Shown here piece by piece: positions 28,001 through 37,400 of a stretch of DNA of 64,000 nucleotides. The translations under genes and the position numbers were made by a program. Every line of letters starts with the position of its first letter. Position 1 is the stretch's first letter. Location: the NCBI GenBank assembly GCA_977016875.1, contig CDRNST010000070.1, forward strand, positions 1,054,001 to 1,118,000, in the 5' to 3' direction. Below the pieces are notes generated by a model. That model was not told the origin of the DNA. It saw only the letters and a list, made by a program, of their open reading frames with translations, and made no database searches. The DNA is from Pavona decussata. Lineage: Eukaryota.

Positions 28001-31000
28001 GTTTTGAAATCACTTGGTCACTACATGCAGTACTCGACAGAAAAAGTACAACCTAGAGGGAGGCTAGAAAATTCAGTTATACACGTAAGTCTTCTGAGTG
28101 AAAAAAGAACTTTCCTTAATTAAAATACACTACTTATTACTTCAAAGGGAAAATTATGATGGGAAAAAATCAAGAAAACAGTTTACTTACTAAGACCTGG
28201 AATGATTAGATCTTGCTTTGCCACAGCTGAATTGATTACATTTTCTTGTTTTACACAACAGCCATCCACAGTTGAAAAACAATAATTCATTGGACCTGCA
28301 CCAGAAACATGTATAATATAATTATTATATTATTAACAAACAAATTTTATTACATGCTTCTTGTCTGTAATGCTGAGCGTGTAGTTATAATATTATTTTA
28401 GCAGGGATTGCTGCAACAGTTTACTGTACTGCTGTAAGTCTAAACTTAAAGAAATACAATGAAGACTTGAATCACCAACAAAACTGGTTATAAAGACATT
28501 GGCATATACTTAAGCTAGCAATAAACGTTATCAAAATGGAACATACTTTTAGGACCCCTTAATGACAGCAACAAAGGAGCAGTTGAGTTTGAAAGCTGTG
28601 GAACCACCATCACTAGCATGTCACCACTGATAAACATGGCTGTCTGTTTGAGAGTACTCATTGTCAATCCACAGCTTACCATCTCTGCAATTTAAAGGAA
28701 AACAGTTTCAGGTGCATGTGCTGCATAGTCACATTCTTCTGTCCACAAACTTTGAATGGCTTTAAATGAATTAAGAGAGCACAAAACAGAAAGTTCAAGA
28801 CGTGAGGTTGGAGTGCTGCATATTCTACAAGTTGTCTTCACAAAGACCTTTGATAGCACATAGCTTTGCACTGATTCAAAATAGAGTTATATTTGGATTA
28901 CCACTGTCGCTGACTCCTTTTGGTTCGAAAAGACGCTCAGAGGATCATTCATGTTTCATTATTTTAGTTCTTAGGCAAAATACACATGCTTATTTCATTT
29001 AATTGTCAAATTTATGCCTACAGATGTGCATTCTTTGAACACGCAAAATCTGTTCAGTTATTCCAGGACTATGTTTTTGGTTTAATAATTATTATTGTAA
29101 GAGGCAAGAACACACTCTGGCTCTATCTAGAACTTGACTGCACAACTCAGACATACCATCTGAGTCTTTCTGAGCCATTGGGGTTGTTGGTGAACGTCTG
29201 ACTGGAAGAGGGGATGCAAAAGAGGATGGTAGCTCTTCCTTCTTCATCACAACAACTCCATCGCTACAAGGAGAAGCCAGCACATCCAGTTCATCATCGC
29301 TTGGTTCAAGTTTGAATTCTTGTAAGAACAAATCAATCTTTTTACTCTCTTGGCCAGGCCCAGAGACTTCATTCCCAGCAGGCTCGGAAGCTTTAACAAG
29401 CCAAAGCCAGTAGAGATGAACTCCATCACTTAACATCTGTAGGGTTTTGTGTTGTTGTGTTTGCAACCCATCAACCTCAGTTTTGATTGGGTTTCTTAAC
29501 TTAATTGTTCGTGTGATCTAATTGAACAGAAAACACAATAGATGTTACGTTATTTATAAACATTCTAACTTTGGCAGCACTGAACTACTGGTTCTCCTAG
29601 TGTTATATTGGCCTGGAATTGATCTTGGCAAACCAACTTGTGTCAGCCAGGTTCATGTGATCTGCCCCTCCAACCACCAAAATGATATACCGAAGAGCTT
29701 GGTGAACACAAGGAGGGTGAGATGGCTAGTGACTTGTCAAGAATGTTGTGACTTAGAGTCTGCCCTACATGTTTCAAGCGCACACTTGTGTAAGTTGTAA
29801 GACGTTTTAAGCCAGTGAACTGTTGGTGAGTTGTGGGTTACCTGTTGGTGTTGTCTACCTTAATCATAATTTTTTTTCTTTCAGAAACCCAAGTAAAAAT
29901 ACAAAAAGTACTTTGAATTCATGACTTAGGTGGATTGGACAAGATGAGTTTTCTGGAAAAGCAAGCATACAAAAATTAATAATAATTATTACAGTTGGAT
30001 GTTACTTTGCAAGCCCTCTGATTGTTGATTACATTTCAACTATGTTCTCCAAAAGTCAATTTGATTCCCTTGATAATTTTTTTTTACCAGTTGTCTGTCA
30101 GTAATCTGTTGGTGGGCTGTAAGTAATCTTTCAGCTAACTGTTGGTGGATATCGACAGTTCACCAACAGTCGGCCAACAGATTTGTGGGGAGTTGTTCTT
30201 CAATTTTATGCAAAATTCCAGCACCTTTTGAGGGTTCCTTAAAAATTAACAAAGATCAACCACATCACTTTTACCAAAAGGTTAGGAGTCCCTTTCTTCC
30301 TGGTGCATATATTACCTGCAGAGAAAGTGTGTCCAATACATAGCACATGTTTGTAGGTTCACTGTCAAACTCTTTTGGTCGAAATAATAACCGGCTTTGT
30401 ACAAAGGCAAGCCATCCCTCCTTCAGATTGGTGTTTCTTTTGTACACAGCCCCTCTTAAAAACAACAGATTAAAGTCATTAATTCATTGTACAGAAACTG
30501 TCTTTCATTCATTTACAGTCAAACCTCCACTAACAGCCGCCTCTCCACAACGGCCACTTATCTACAACGGCCACTTTTTTTTGTCCCGGCAGACAGTCCG
30601 TACATTAGCTCTTGTTTAAACCTCTCTACAACAGCCACCTCTCTACAACAGTAACGGCCACTAAAGTGCGTCCCCAACTGCCAAAATAACCTCTCGACAA
30701 CAGCCAGTACAGTTCTATTTTGTAAAAACCTTTTTTATAAACTGATGCAGTAATCGACATTTGTCTTCGGAACATTACGTTTCTGTATCCATTTTAATGA
30801 TATACGTATTTTGATTGTGTTCCATTCATATGCTGCAGTAAGCATAAATTGTCTACAATAATATAGCAAATGTTGCGAACCTTGCTCGTTTCGTCTTGTT
30901 AACATTTTGATTCAAAACATTATTTACGTTTTATTATCTTTTTTAACTATGTATACTATTTAACATTGGATTGCCATTATAGGCTACAGTAAGCATGAAC

Positions 31001-33795
31001 TTGGCACAATAAACATGTTTTACTTCCTGAAAAAAAGGTGTCATATTACACCCCTACCTCCCCATAACGGCCACTTTCTTCTGTCCCCAAGGTGGCCATT
31101 TTGGAGAGGTTCAACTGTAATGTCAAATGACAGTAACAGAAGACAGAAACAGTTGCCAGTAATGTCACATTCTATCCCTTCAAATCACCAATTGAAAGTT
31201 GGTCCTTCTTTCCTCTCCTCCTCCCACCCCTGTCACAGCCAAGAGAGCCTGCTCACAAGCCACTCCTACTGGGTTTTCGCCCGTTGCCTCACCAGTCTCT
31301 TTTAGTTTTTTTGTTATTGTTAACTTTCTTGCACGCGCAGCACACCCATTTACTCAACAATGTACAGAAGGACTGCTAGCGAGTTACACTGTAGCACTAG
31401 GGGATGGGGGTACTCCTTATGTTATCAACATGGGTATCTTCCACCCCAAAGGGAAAACTGCATGATATAGATTTTAAGCATTTTTTTAGCATTTTTTTAG
31501 TGTCTGGGTTTGAGAAAGGGTACTGGAAATTATACATTTTTGGTCTGAAATATGAGAGAAGACAACACATCCAGGTATGAATTACTAAACTGATTTTCAG
31601 ATCTTACCTTATTGTTCCGTATTTACCAGTGCCAATTTTAAGCAGACCTTTACTAGCTCCACTGATAAGATAAAGGAACTTCCCATCACAAGCAAGACTA
31701 CTAATGTGGCTACAGCTTGTAGAATCATCAGAGTCTGATAGGAAAGTTTCAAACTGCCAGCTGTTAATAAAACGAGAAGTCTGCAGGAGACTAAGATCGC
31801 TGAGTGAACCTTTCCTTTCGTACTCAAAAGTTCTCCTCAATACAGTGCCAACGGGAAGTTTGCCAAGCATTGTCCTTTGAATGAGAAGAACTTCAAGAAC
31901 TTGAACAAACAGCTGAATAGAAAGTCTGCCAGAGAACACAAAAGTATATCATTATATAATATTATTATGATTAAAGGTGACACTGTGACATTAGAAAACA
32001 ACTTGCACATAAGAAATTGTAAGATAGAGAGAACTGCAATCATTGAAATTTTTGTCATTTCATTTACACTTGGAGGATAAATAGCATGTCCATACATGTT
32101 TCCTTTGAGGTCCGTAACAAGAAGTGATCACAACATATGAAATCTTATGGTAATTATGTCATGCTTGCTAAAATGGTGGCTATCTTGGATTGCTGGATTT
32201 CCCCAAAACTTCAGGAGAGCAGCAAAGATTATTATTATTATTAAAAGTAACACTTACCTAGGAATCCTTAAAAGCATAAAAAATTACAGAAGAAAAGCAA
32301 TTTTCCATTTTTTAAAAAACATGCCTGTCAAAAGTTTGGTTGCCATGGTAACATCCAAGTCAATAAACACTAACTGACCACATCAAATTGTTCCCAGATA
32401 AAAAGTCATAAGGTTTCATTGCAGTTGCTTATATATTAAAAATGTTATTCAGGTTCAAAGTCACTGTGGGCAGAGTCTGCCCCGCCTCCCCCCCACCCCC
32501 CACCCCCAGAACTGCATTGCACGTCAAAATCATTTGCAGAAACTTTTTCAAACCCCTTATATGGAGCCACAAGGACAAAATGATATTGTGACACCTTTTG
32601 AAGGTGCTTTTCATGTCCCCTCCCTGTCAAAAAAAAGAAATAAGTTTGTTTGCCATACCTACTTGTAGTTTCAGTTTTTCAGGGAATTTTGAAAACCAAA
32701 ATTTAAGACATTAATTTTAACCTGCTCTTGAACAGTGCTCCATCAGTTATTAAATCTAGTACTGACTGCATCTTTCCCAGAATGGTGAAATAAAACAAAG
32801 GCAATTCTTTTCAGCAATAAGGATTCTTTGAATGTTTATTTTTATTAGTTTTAAGTGGCACCAATTAGCAGTTCACCATTATTTGTCTTATCAAAGTGAT
32901 AAGTGTTGAGAACGAAAATCCAAAAATCCACACCTTTGTTTGCATAAAACAATATGCTACAGAGTATGTTTATAGTATTAAAGCCCATCAGAGCCCAGTA
33001 TTATTATAATTAAGCCTAACATTAGCTTTTTAAGTACACAATTAGGCCTAAGTAATTTATGTAGGGTTTAATTCGGGACGTCCATGCATAATTTAACTTG
33101 ATTATAATTTTTTACCTTCCGCAAGCTAGTGCGATAAGTGCTGCCACCAAATTCTCTCGTTTCACCACACATACACCTGCATTCTCTTCTCCACTGCTAT
33201 TTTCTGCTTGCACTAGCCAACTGCAAAGCAAATCAGCTAAACCTTTGATGCCACTAACAGGTTCAACTGCAAGAGAGCTTGGAGGACAATTTTGAAGACA
33301 TTGCAACAACACTTCTGAACACTGTCCAGCTAACGAAGGATCTATACGGCTTTGAGATTGCAAAATAGGAAGTAAGAGAAGAAGACTAACGTGCGACGAA
33401 AACGAAACATCCGTTTGTTGTCCTTTCGTTTTATCGCCCGTTGCGGATATAAATTTTGGAGCGACAGGAGGGCGAGAAATTTTCAACGACAACTTTGTTA
33501 ACTTTGCTTTCTGTGAGTGCCAGAGGCCCAGCAAAGCACGTTGTCGATAGTTGAAGAATTTGTAGTAAGAGCCATGCTGCAGAGCACATGTATTCAAAAG
33601 GCGTTTACTGAGTTCCGCGTTTGAAGATGTATCAAACCTATGCTCTGAAATGCAGTCCATGAAAGCAGTGTGTTGAGTGGAGACGGGTGGTGGTTGAAGA
33701 ACCTCGACGACAAATTTAAGGCCATCGTCAAGAAAAATGCTCTGCTCAGTAACAGAGGACCAGGCATCAGAGCCAGCTGTCGTGGCAGTCATCAT
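1..33795 (-). CDS. HECTD4: Probable E3 ubiquitin ligase HECTD4, 3'-partial (continues past the left edge). Exons: 33795-33116, 31925-31608, 30454-30316, 29517-29157, 28684-28547, 28295-28191, 27955-27815, 27156-26607, 25889-25769, 25565-25464, 22495-22274, 21805-21584, 21025-20801, 19130-18970, 17954-17788, 17419-17088, 16552-16464, 16027-15813, 14809-14550, 14289-14117, 12591-12281, 11974-11815, 10627-10196, 9388-9110, 7856-7493, 6681-6526, 6132-5966, 5106-4731, 3882-3731, 3160-2935, 2481-2241, 1844-1590, 1503-1247, 761-500, 100-<1
   Basis: N-terminal segments (SDAWSSVTEQSIFLDDGL, YRQRALLGLWHSQ, LLLLPILQSQSRIDPSL, LLCSWL, ENLVAALIALACGR) match the HECTD4 N-terminus as I recall it. Internal segments include LLSLLLDRRAPPKLVLIVLKLCRSALPLMS, VESLHPVRD and a SPRY-like region (FYWEVEL, DVIGCGY, LWPVVHIQKKNVRVRVNFG). 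All 34 introns are GT-AG, phases chain without stops, and 8,459 coding nt lie in the window. The HECT domain is not in the window. Confidence 0.93.
4052..4542. mobile_element. PIF/Harbinger-like MITE with TAA TSD and an internal nested hairpin
   Basis: TIR AGCCTGGTTTACACGTACGACGCAAGCATAAG / CTTATGCTTGCGTCGTACGTGTAAACCAGGCT, with TAA on both sides. Contains GCATAA/GCACAA hexamer arrays and an internal palindrome centred near 4347. Confidence 0.85.
5205..5407. mobile_element. piggyBac-like MITE
   Basis: TTAA|CCCTTTA ... TAAAGAG|TTAA. Confidence 0.7.
7095..7383. mobile_element. MITE with long imperfect TIRs (Kolobok-like)
   Basis: TTAA AGGGAACCTCTACTGTTACAACAAATTGACGTTAAATTGTTGGAAATA ... TATTTCCAACAATTTAACATCACTTTGTTGTAAGAGTGGAGGTTACCT. 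Confidence 0.7.
7961..8330 (+). mobile_element. Kolobok-like MITE family A, copy 1
   Basis: TTAA|GGACGGTGCCTACT ... AGTAGGCACCGTCC|TTAA. Confidence 0.85.
8463..8735. mobile_element. MITE (TIR AGGCCAAGTAA)
   Basis: AGGCCAAGTAA ... TTACTTGGCCT with internal GCGCAAC/GTTGCG repeats. Confidence 0.7.
8789..8961. mobile_element. Tc1/mariner (pogo-like) MITE
   Basis: TA|CAGTGGAACCCTGATTTTACGAT ... ATCGTAAAATCGAGATTCCACTG|TA. Confidence 0.8.
9586..9770 (+). mobile_element. MITE (TIR TATGTCCAGAAA), family B
   Basis: Inverted ends; a second copy lies in the opposite orientation at 45289-45470. Confidence 0.75.
9945..10093 (+). mobile_element. Kolobok-like MITE family A, internally deleted copy
   Basis: GACGGTGCC ... 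GGCACCGTCC with the shared 3' internal part GAGATGCGCAGAACGTATGCG. Confidence 0.75.
10865..11117. mobile_element. Penelope-like element terminal-repeat insertion: inverted duplication plus 3' tail, with a 12-bp TSD
   Basis: Identical 106-bp arms at 10865-10970 and 10985-11090, a 14-nt spacer, and tail TGACTCCTGGGTTCAAGCCATTTACAA. TTATTTTATTTG occurs at 10855-10866 and 11118-11129. Contains a hammerhead core. Confidence 0.85.
10933..10979 (-). ncRNA. Minimal type I hammerhead ribozyme motif (PLE-associated)
   Basis: Minus strand reads UUGACU-CUGAAGA-U-GAC(loop)GUC-GAAA-CGUC-AGUCAA. This gives a 6-bp stem I, CUGANGA, stem II, GAAA, a minimal ACGU stem III and a GUC cleavage triplet. Confidence 0.8.
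12629..13022 (+). mobile_element. Kolobok-like MITE family A, copy 2
   Basis: Same TIRs, TTAA flanks and colinear interior. Confidence 0.85.
13036..13260. mobile_element. MITE (TIR TAGGGACC...CAGAT)
   Basis: TAGGGACCCTCAGAT...GAGTACGAGATTGAGTAC / GTACTCAATCTCGTACTC...ATCTGAAGGTCCCTA. Confidence 0.7.
13270..13554. mobile_element. GGGGTACT-ended DNA element; related fragments at about 31407-31550, 38560-38693 and 55708-55925
   Basis: GGGGTACTCCCTATATA...GGTATGT ... GAGGAATACCCC with GGGTAT/GGTCTGAAA subrepeats. Confidence 0.6.
14913..15310 (+). mobile_element. Kolobok-like MITE family A, copy 3
   Basis: Same interior; left TIR mutated (AAACGGTGCC). Confidence 0.8.
18455..18735 (-). repeat. 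Interspersed repeat family C, copy 1
   Basis: GTAATATATCCAACAC ... ATTATTAATGAGTTTGAGAA, the reverse complement of the copies at 19371 and 35833. Confidence 0.7.
19371..19662 (+). repeat. Interspersed repeat family C, copy 2
   Basis: TTCATTAATAATTC ... GTTTGATATATTACTT. Confidence 0.7.
20124..20711 (+). mobile_element. Tc1/mariner (pogo-like) MITE family D, copy 1
   Basis: TA|CAGTTGAACCTC ... GAGGTTCGACTG|TA with subterminal GAGAGGTGGCCGTT repeats. Confidence 0.88.
23128..25194 (-). mobile_element. 5'-truncated non-LTR retrotransposon (L2/CR1 group) in HECTD4 intron 10, sense to the host gene
   Basis: RT ORF 23283-25142 with RPVSNL, QSAY, LLDLSAAFDTVDH, GVPQGSCLGP, YADD and C-terminal LHWLPV. 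Short 3' UTR and (TTA)n tail at about 23128-23151. No endonuclease domain; the frame closes near 25194. Confidence 0.92.
23283..25142 (-). pseudogene. LINE reverse transcriptase ORF2 remnant, 619 aa
   Basis: Open frame lacking the APE domain and a true start. An apparent small in-frame deletion lies before GLDP. Confidence 0.8.
30516..31117 (-). mobile_element. Tc1/mariner (pogo-like) MITE family D, copy 2 (inverted relative to copy 1)
   Basis: TA|CAGTCAAACCTC ... GAGGTTCAACTG|TA; the interior is the reverse complement of 20124-20711. Confidence 0.88.
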
Positions 33796-34491
33796 CTCCT
33801 GTTCATTATATGTGGTGCAGGAAAGATCATCGTGAAGGTCAACATGGCACCCTTTTTGCTGAGCTTTGAATTTGCCTCGCTTCAATGTATATCGCGCGCC
33901 AATATGAATCGCGCGCGTGTACGTGTGACGTAGGACTCCTGCATGGAGTCACGCAAAATTTCAGTCTCGAACCACGGAAAGTGGTTTGGGTTTCATTTTT
34001 GCCTCTCATCGGCCTGTCCTGGACTGGTCAAGGACCGCACTTCTGAAGATCGAAAATGGACCAAACTGACCTGATCCTGAAGTCCTAAAAAAAAATCATG
34101 GAAATCGAAAAGCATTCCCATATATCAAACAAAGTTCCAAAGAATTAATAAAATTTTTATAATCAACTATTCATTCCACAATACAACCAATTATTTGCAA
34201 GGAGGTCGTCCAGTCCACTCCCCACCTCCACTCCTCCACCCCCTCAACAAATTAGGTTTAGGATGCAAGTTAGGTTGGAGATGAATACAGTGAGCCTTAA
34301 ATCTTATTATTGAATTCTAATTTCATCTCTCTGAAGAGCCTCAAGGTTGTTGAGACAGGACAGTTGTTCGAGAAGAAAGAGACTAAAGAGGGGAAAAGCA
34401 ACAAGGTGTCAATCTCTGGGGGTGGGGGACAGAGGCTAGAGGTGAGACGTAGCGTGACTTTTTACATGACATAGGGAATTAAAGATTCAAT
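33796..34491. promoter_or_regulatory. Putative bidirectional promoter, HECTD4/GTF2H3
   Basis: Start codons are about 700 bp apart and divergent. A CpG-rich patch near 33890-33935 has GCGCGCCAA (E2F-like) and TGACGT (CRE half-site). CAATATGGCGG (YY1/TISU-like) overlaps the GTF2H3 ATG. Confidence 0.6.
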
Positions 34492-37400
34492 ATGGCGGAC
34501 GGTAAAGAGAAAAGTTGTTTCGAACTTCGTAATGACTTTACTGTATCTAATCACAAACGTTTCACTGAAATATTTGACACACAATATTCTTTTTTCCTTA
34601 AGAAAACATTGCCAATCTCCTAGTGGTTATTCTCGATGCCAATCCCGTGTGGTGGGGAAGAATTGCTAGCGAAGGAAATCAAGCACACGATGAACGTGAC
34701 CAGGTCAGCTAGCTTATACTTGCGAAAAAATGTTTCATCCTGACAGGAAGATCTCCTTTTTACTTTTTTAATATTTTGCTATGTTCATTTAAGCTTAATG
34801 TCTGATGAATTTCTGTAGTTTTTAAACAGCTGTTTATATATATAATATCTGATCTTTGCAATGTTTAATAACAATGCCAGTGATTTATTTGCTTGTCATT
34901 GTATGCTTCCTTCTATGATGCATTGAAAATAGTGTAAGTGGAAGGTTAGTTGTTCTATCACAGCAACAGTAAGGACGGACAGAAAATCAATGTTAAGCCG
35001 CATTGGGGAAGGGGAGGGGAGGCTGTGCAGATGGGGTACGTTTGACTTTTCTGAGAAGTTCTACCCTCAAAATTCTCTTCTTGGAACCAACATGTGAGTC
35101 AAATCAGGTGAAATTATCTGATTTTTGGGACACTGATATAGTGACAGTGAATCTAACAATTTTTAATGCAACATAACATTGCTGTGTTAAAAATCATTCC
35201 TTCCTTTTTCTATCACCTTTAATTAATGGAGGTATACTTTTGGAGACAATAACAACACTGAAACAAAAACAAGGAAGGTGCAGACTCAGTACCCTGTGCC
35301 GTAGATGGATTATAACCCTCCAATAATAGTCCATCTAAGGTACAGATGCAGTAGCCTGTGCCGCAGATACACTATAAGCCCCTGTAATAGTCTGTGTATG
35401 GTGTAGGCTAAGATGCATTGCCTGATTTCATACCGTGGGGGTCTGGGTACGAGTCTGTGTATTATGGGTTATGGGACTCAACACCCACATAGCCGGAAAG
35501 AGCACATCGAACTTTACAACATCCTCAAGTTTGGTGTCAATCAAGCTAATATTAGGAAAGATACAGCCATTCAAAAACTCCAAATTTTACTAAGAAATGT
35601 ATGGAACGCCGGACGTGTGTCCGGCGTTCCATACATTTCTTAGTAAATTTTTAAGTTTTTGAATGGCTGTATCTCGCCTAATATTAGCTTGATTAACACC
35701 AAACTTGGAAATGTTGTAAAGTGCGGTGTGCTCTTTCCGGCTATGTGGGTGTTGAGTCCCATAACCCATAATACACAGACTCGTACCCAGACCCCCACAG
35801 TATGAAATCAGGCAATAGGCCTTGCTTTCACTTTCTCAAACTCATTAATAATTCACGAAGAGAAAACAAAGGAAATCAAAACCGTGAAGGAGGTTTGAAA
35901 TGTGATCTTAATTATCATAAAATTTTGTGAACTTTTGCTTCGAATTTCTCCAAGAATTATCAATAGTTTGAGAAGCTATATCTAACACTTGAAAGAGTGT
36001 TCCCTTCTATTTCCAAACACCTCGAAGTTGGTCAAAAAAAGTCGGCTGCGCCTCGTTTTTCCAACCTACTTCTCAGTGTTTGGAAATCGGAGGAAACACT
36101 CTTCCTCATGTTTGATCTATTACTTCTGGCACATGATCAAGAATCAAGAATTTATGGAAATATGTTCTATTTACAGATCAGTTTGACACAATGTGTAGAC
36201 AGTCTTATGGTATTTTGTAATGCACATCTGATGATGAAACACAACAACTGTCTCTCTTTCATCATATCTCACACAAGCACAAGGTAAGATCTTTTATAAG
36301 AGAAGCATCAAAGTGTCAATAGGCCATTTTCATGATGGCGTCATTTAACTACAACTACCAGAATTCATTTCATTTTCCTTTTCAAATTCAAATTTTGTAA
36401 TCCCAGTGGACAGCAAAGAACAATAGCTCTGATATTAGCATGAGAAAACAAAAACCAGAAGGATTCTGGTAGTTATAGTAAAATGATGCAGTAGTGAAAA
36501 TGTCCTATTAGAGAGTTTTTCCTATTTCATTATTCCATTCTGTCATTTAATTGTGATGGCCCATATGTTTATTTATTCCTTGGGCAGGGGGGTCTGAACT
36601 TTCAGTTTCCTATACCCACCCTGTACCCCTGGCTATCACCCATTCCTTGGTGGATCTCTCCTGTGCACTTTTTCTGTGGGAAAATATATTTTTTTGTAAA
36701 ACTCTTTCACATTTCTTCGAGTTCCCATCCCCTCACAATTACCACATTATCCCATGTTCCTGCTTCTATGCCCCTTCCACTTGTTCATTCATTCACTTCC
36801 TCCATCCCTTCTTCCTTCCTTTACTCATTCGCTCTTTGTCAGTCAGTCAGTCAGTCAGTCAGTCAGTTGATCAGTCAATCTTTCAGTAGCCATCCACACC
36901 TTGATTAAACACTGGTGTATTTTTTCATGTTTAAAACAGCAAGTTTGTTTTTCCAAAAGAAGACACTGACATTGTTACAGATGCTGGCCAAAAAGATCTT
37001 CCTGCAGATGGCAAATATGAAGGCTTTGCTGAGGTCAATGATGCTATCATTGCGGAACTAAAAACTTTGTTGTCTGCAGATGCTTCAGTAGGTCAGTAAA
37101 ACTATTTCATGTATTCGTGCCTTCTTACATTGTCATTCTGCTCTTTCCACAAGACTGAGTAAATTTTAGAAACAACTTAGTACTAATAAAATGCTTTCCC
37201 TCATTTTTACTCAATCACAGAATTAATATAAGTATTCACTCCACCACAGGGGTCATAATTTTCCCTTCTTATTTTAAGGATTTTTATTTCAAGAAATTCT
37301 AACATGTCCTACTAAGCCCCAGTTGTTGAAAGAGCAGATAACTTTATCCATTGGGTAAGTCGCTGTTGAGTGGATTAATGTACTCTATCAAATACTTTTT

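Noticed and set aside
33796-33885. HECTD4 start at 33885 as given in the ORF track
   Set aside because: That codon is TTG; recognisable homology begins just after the ATG at 33795.
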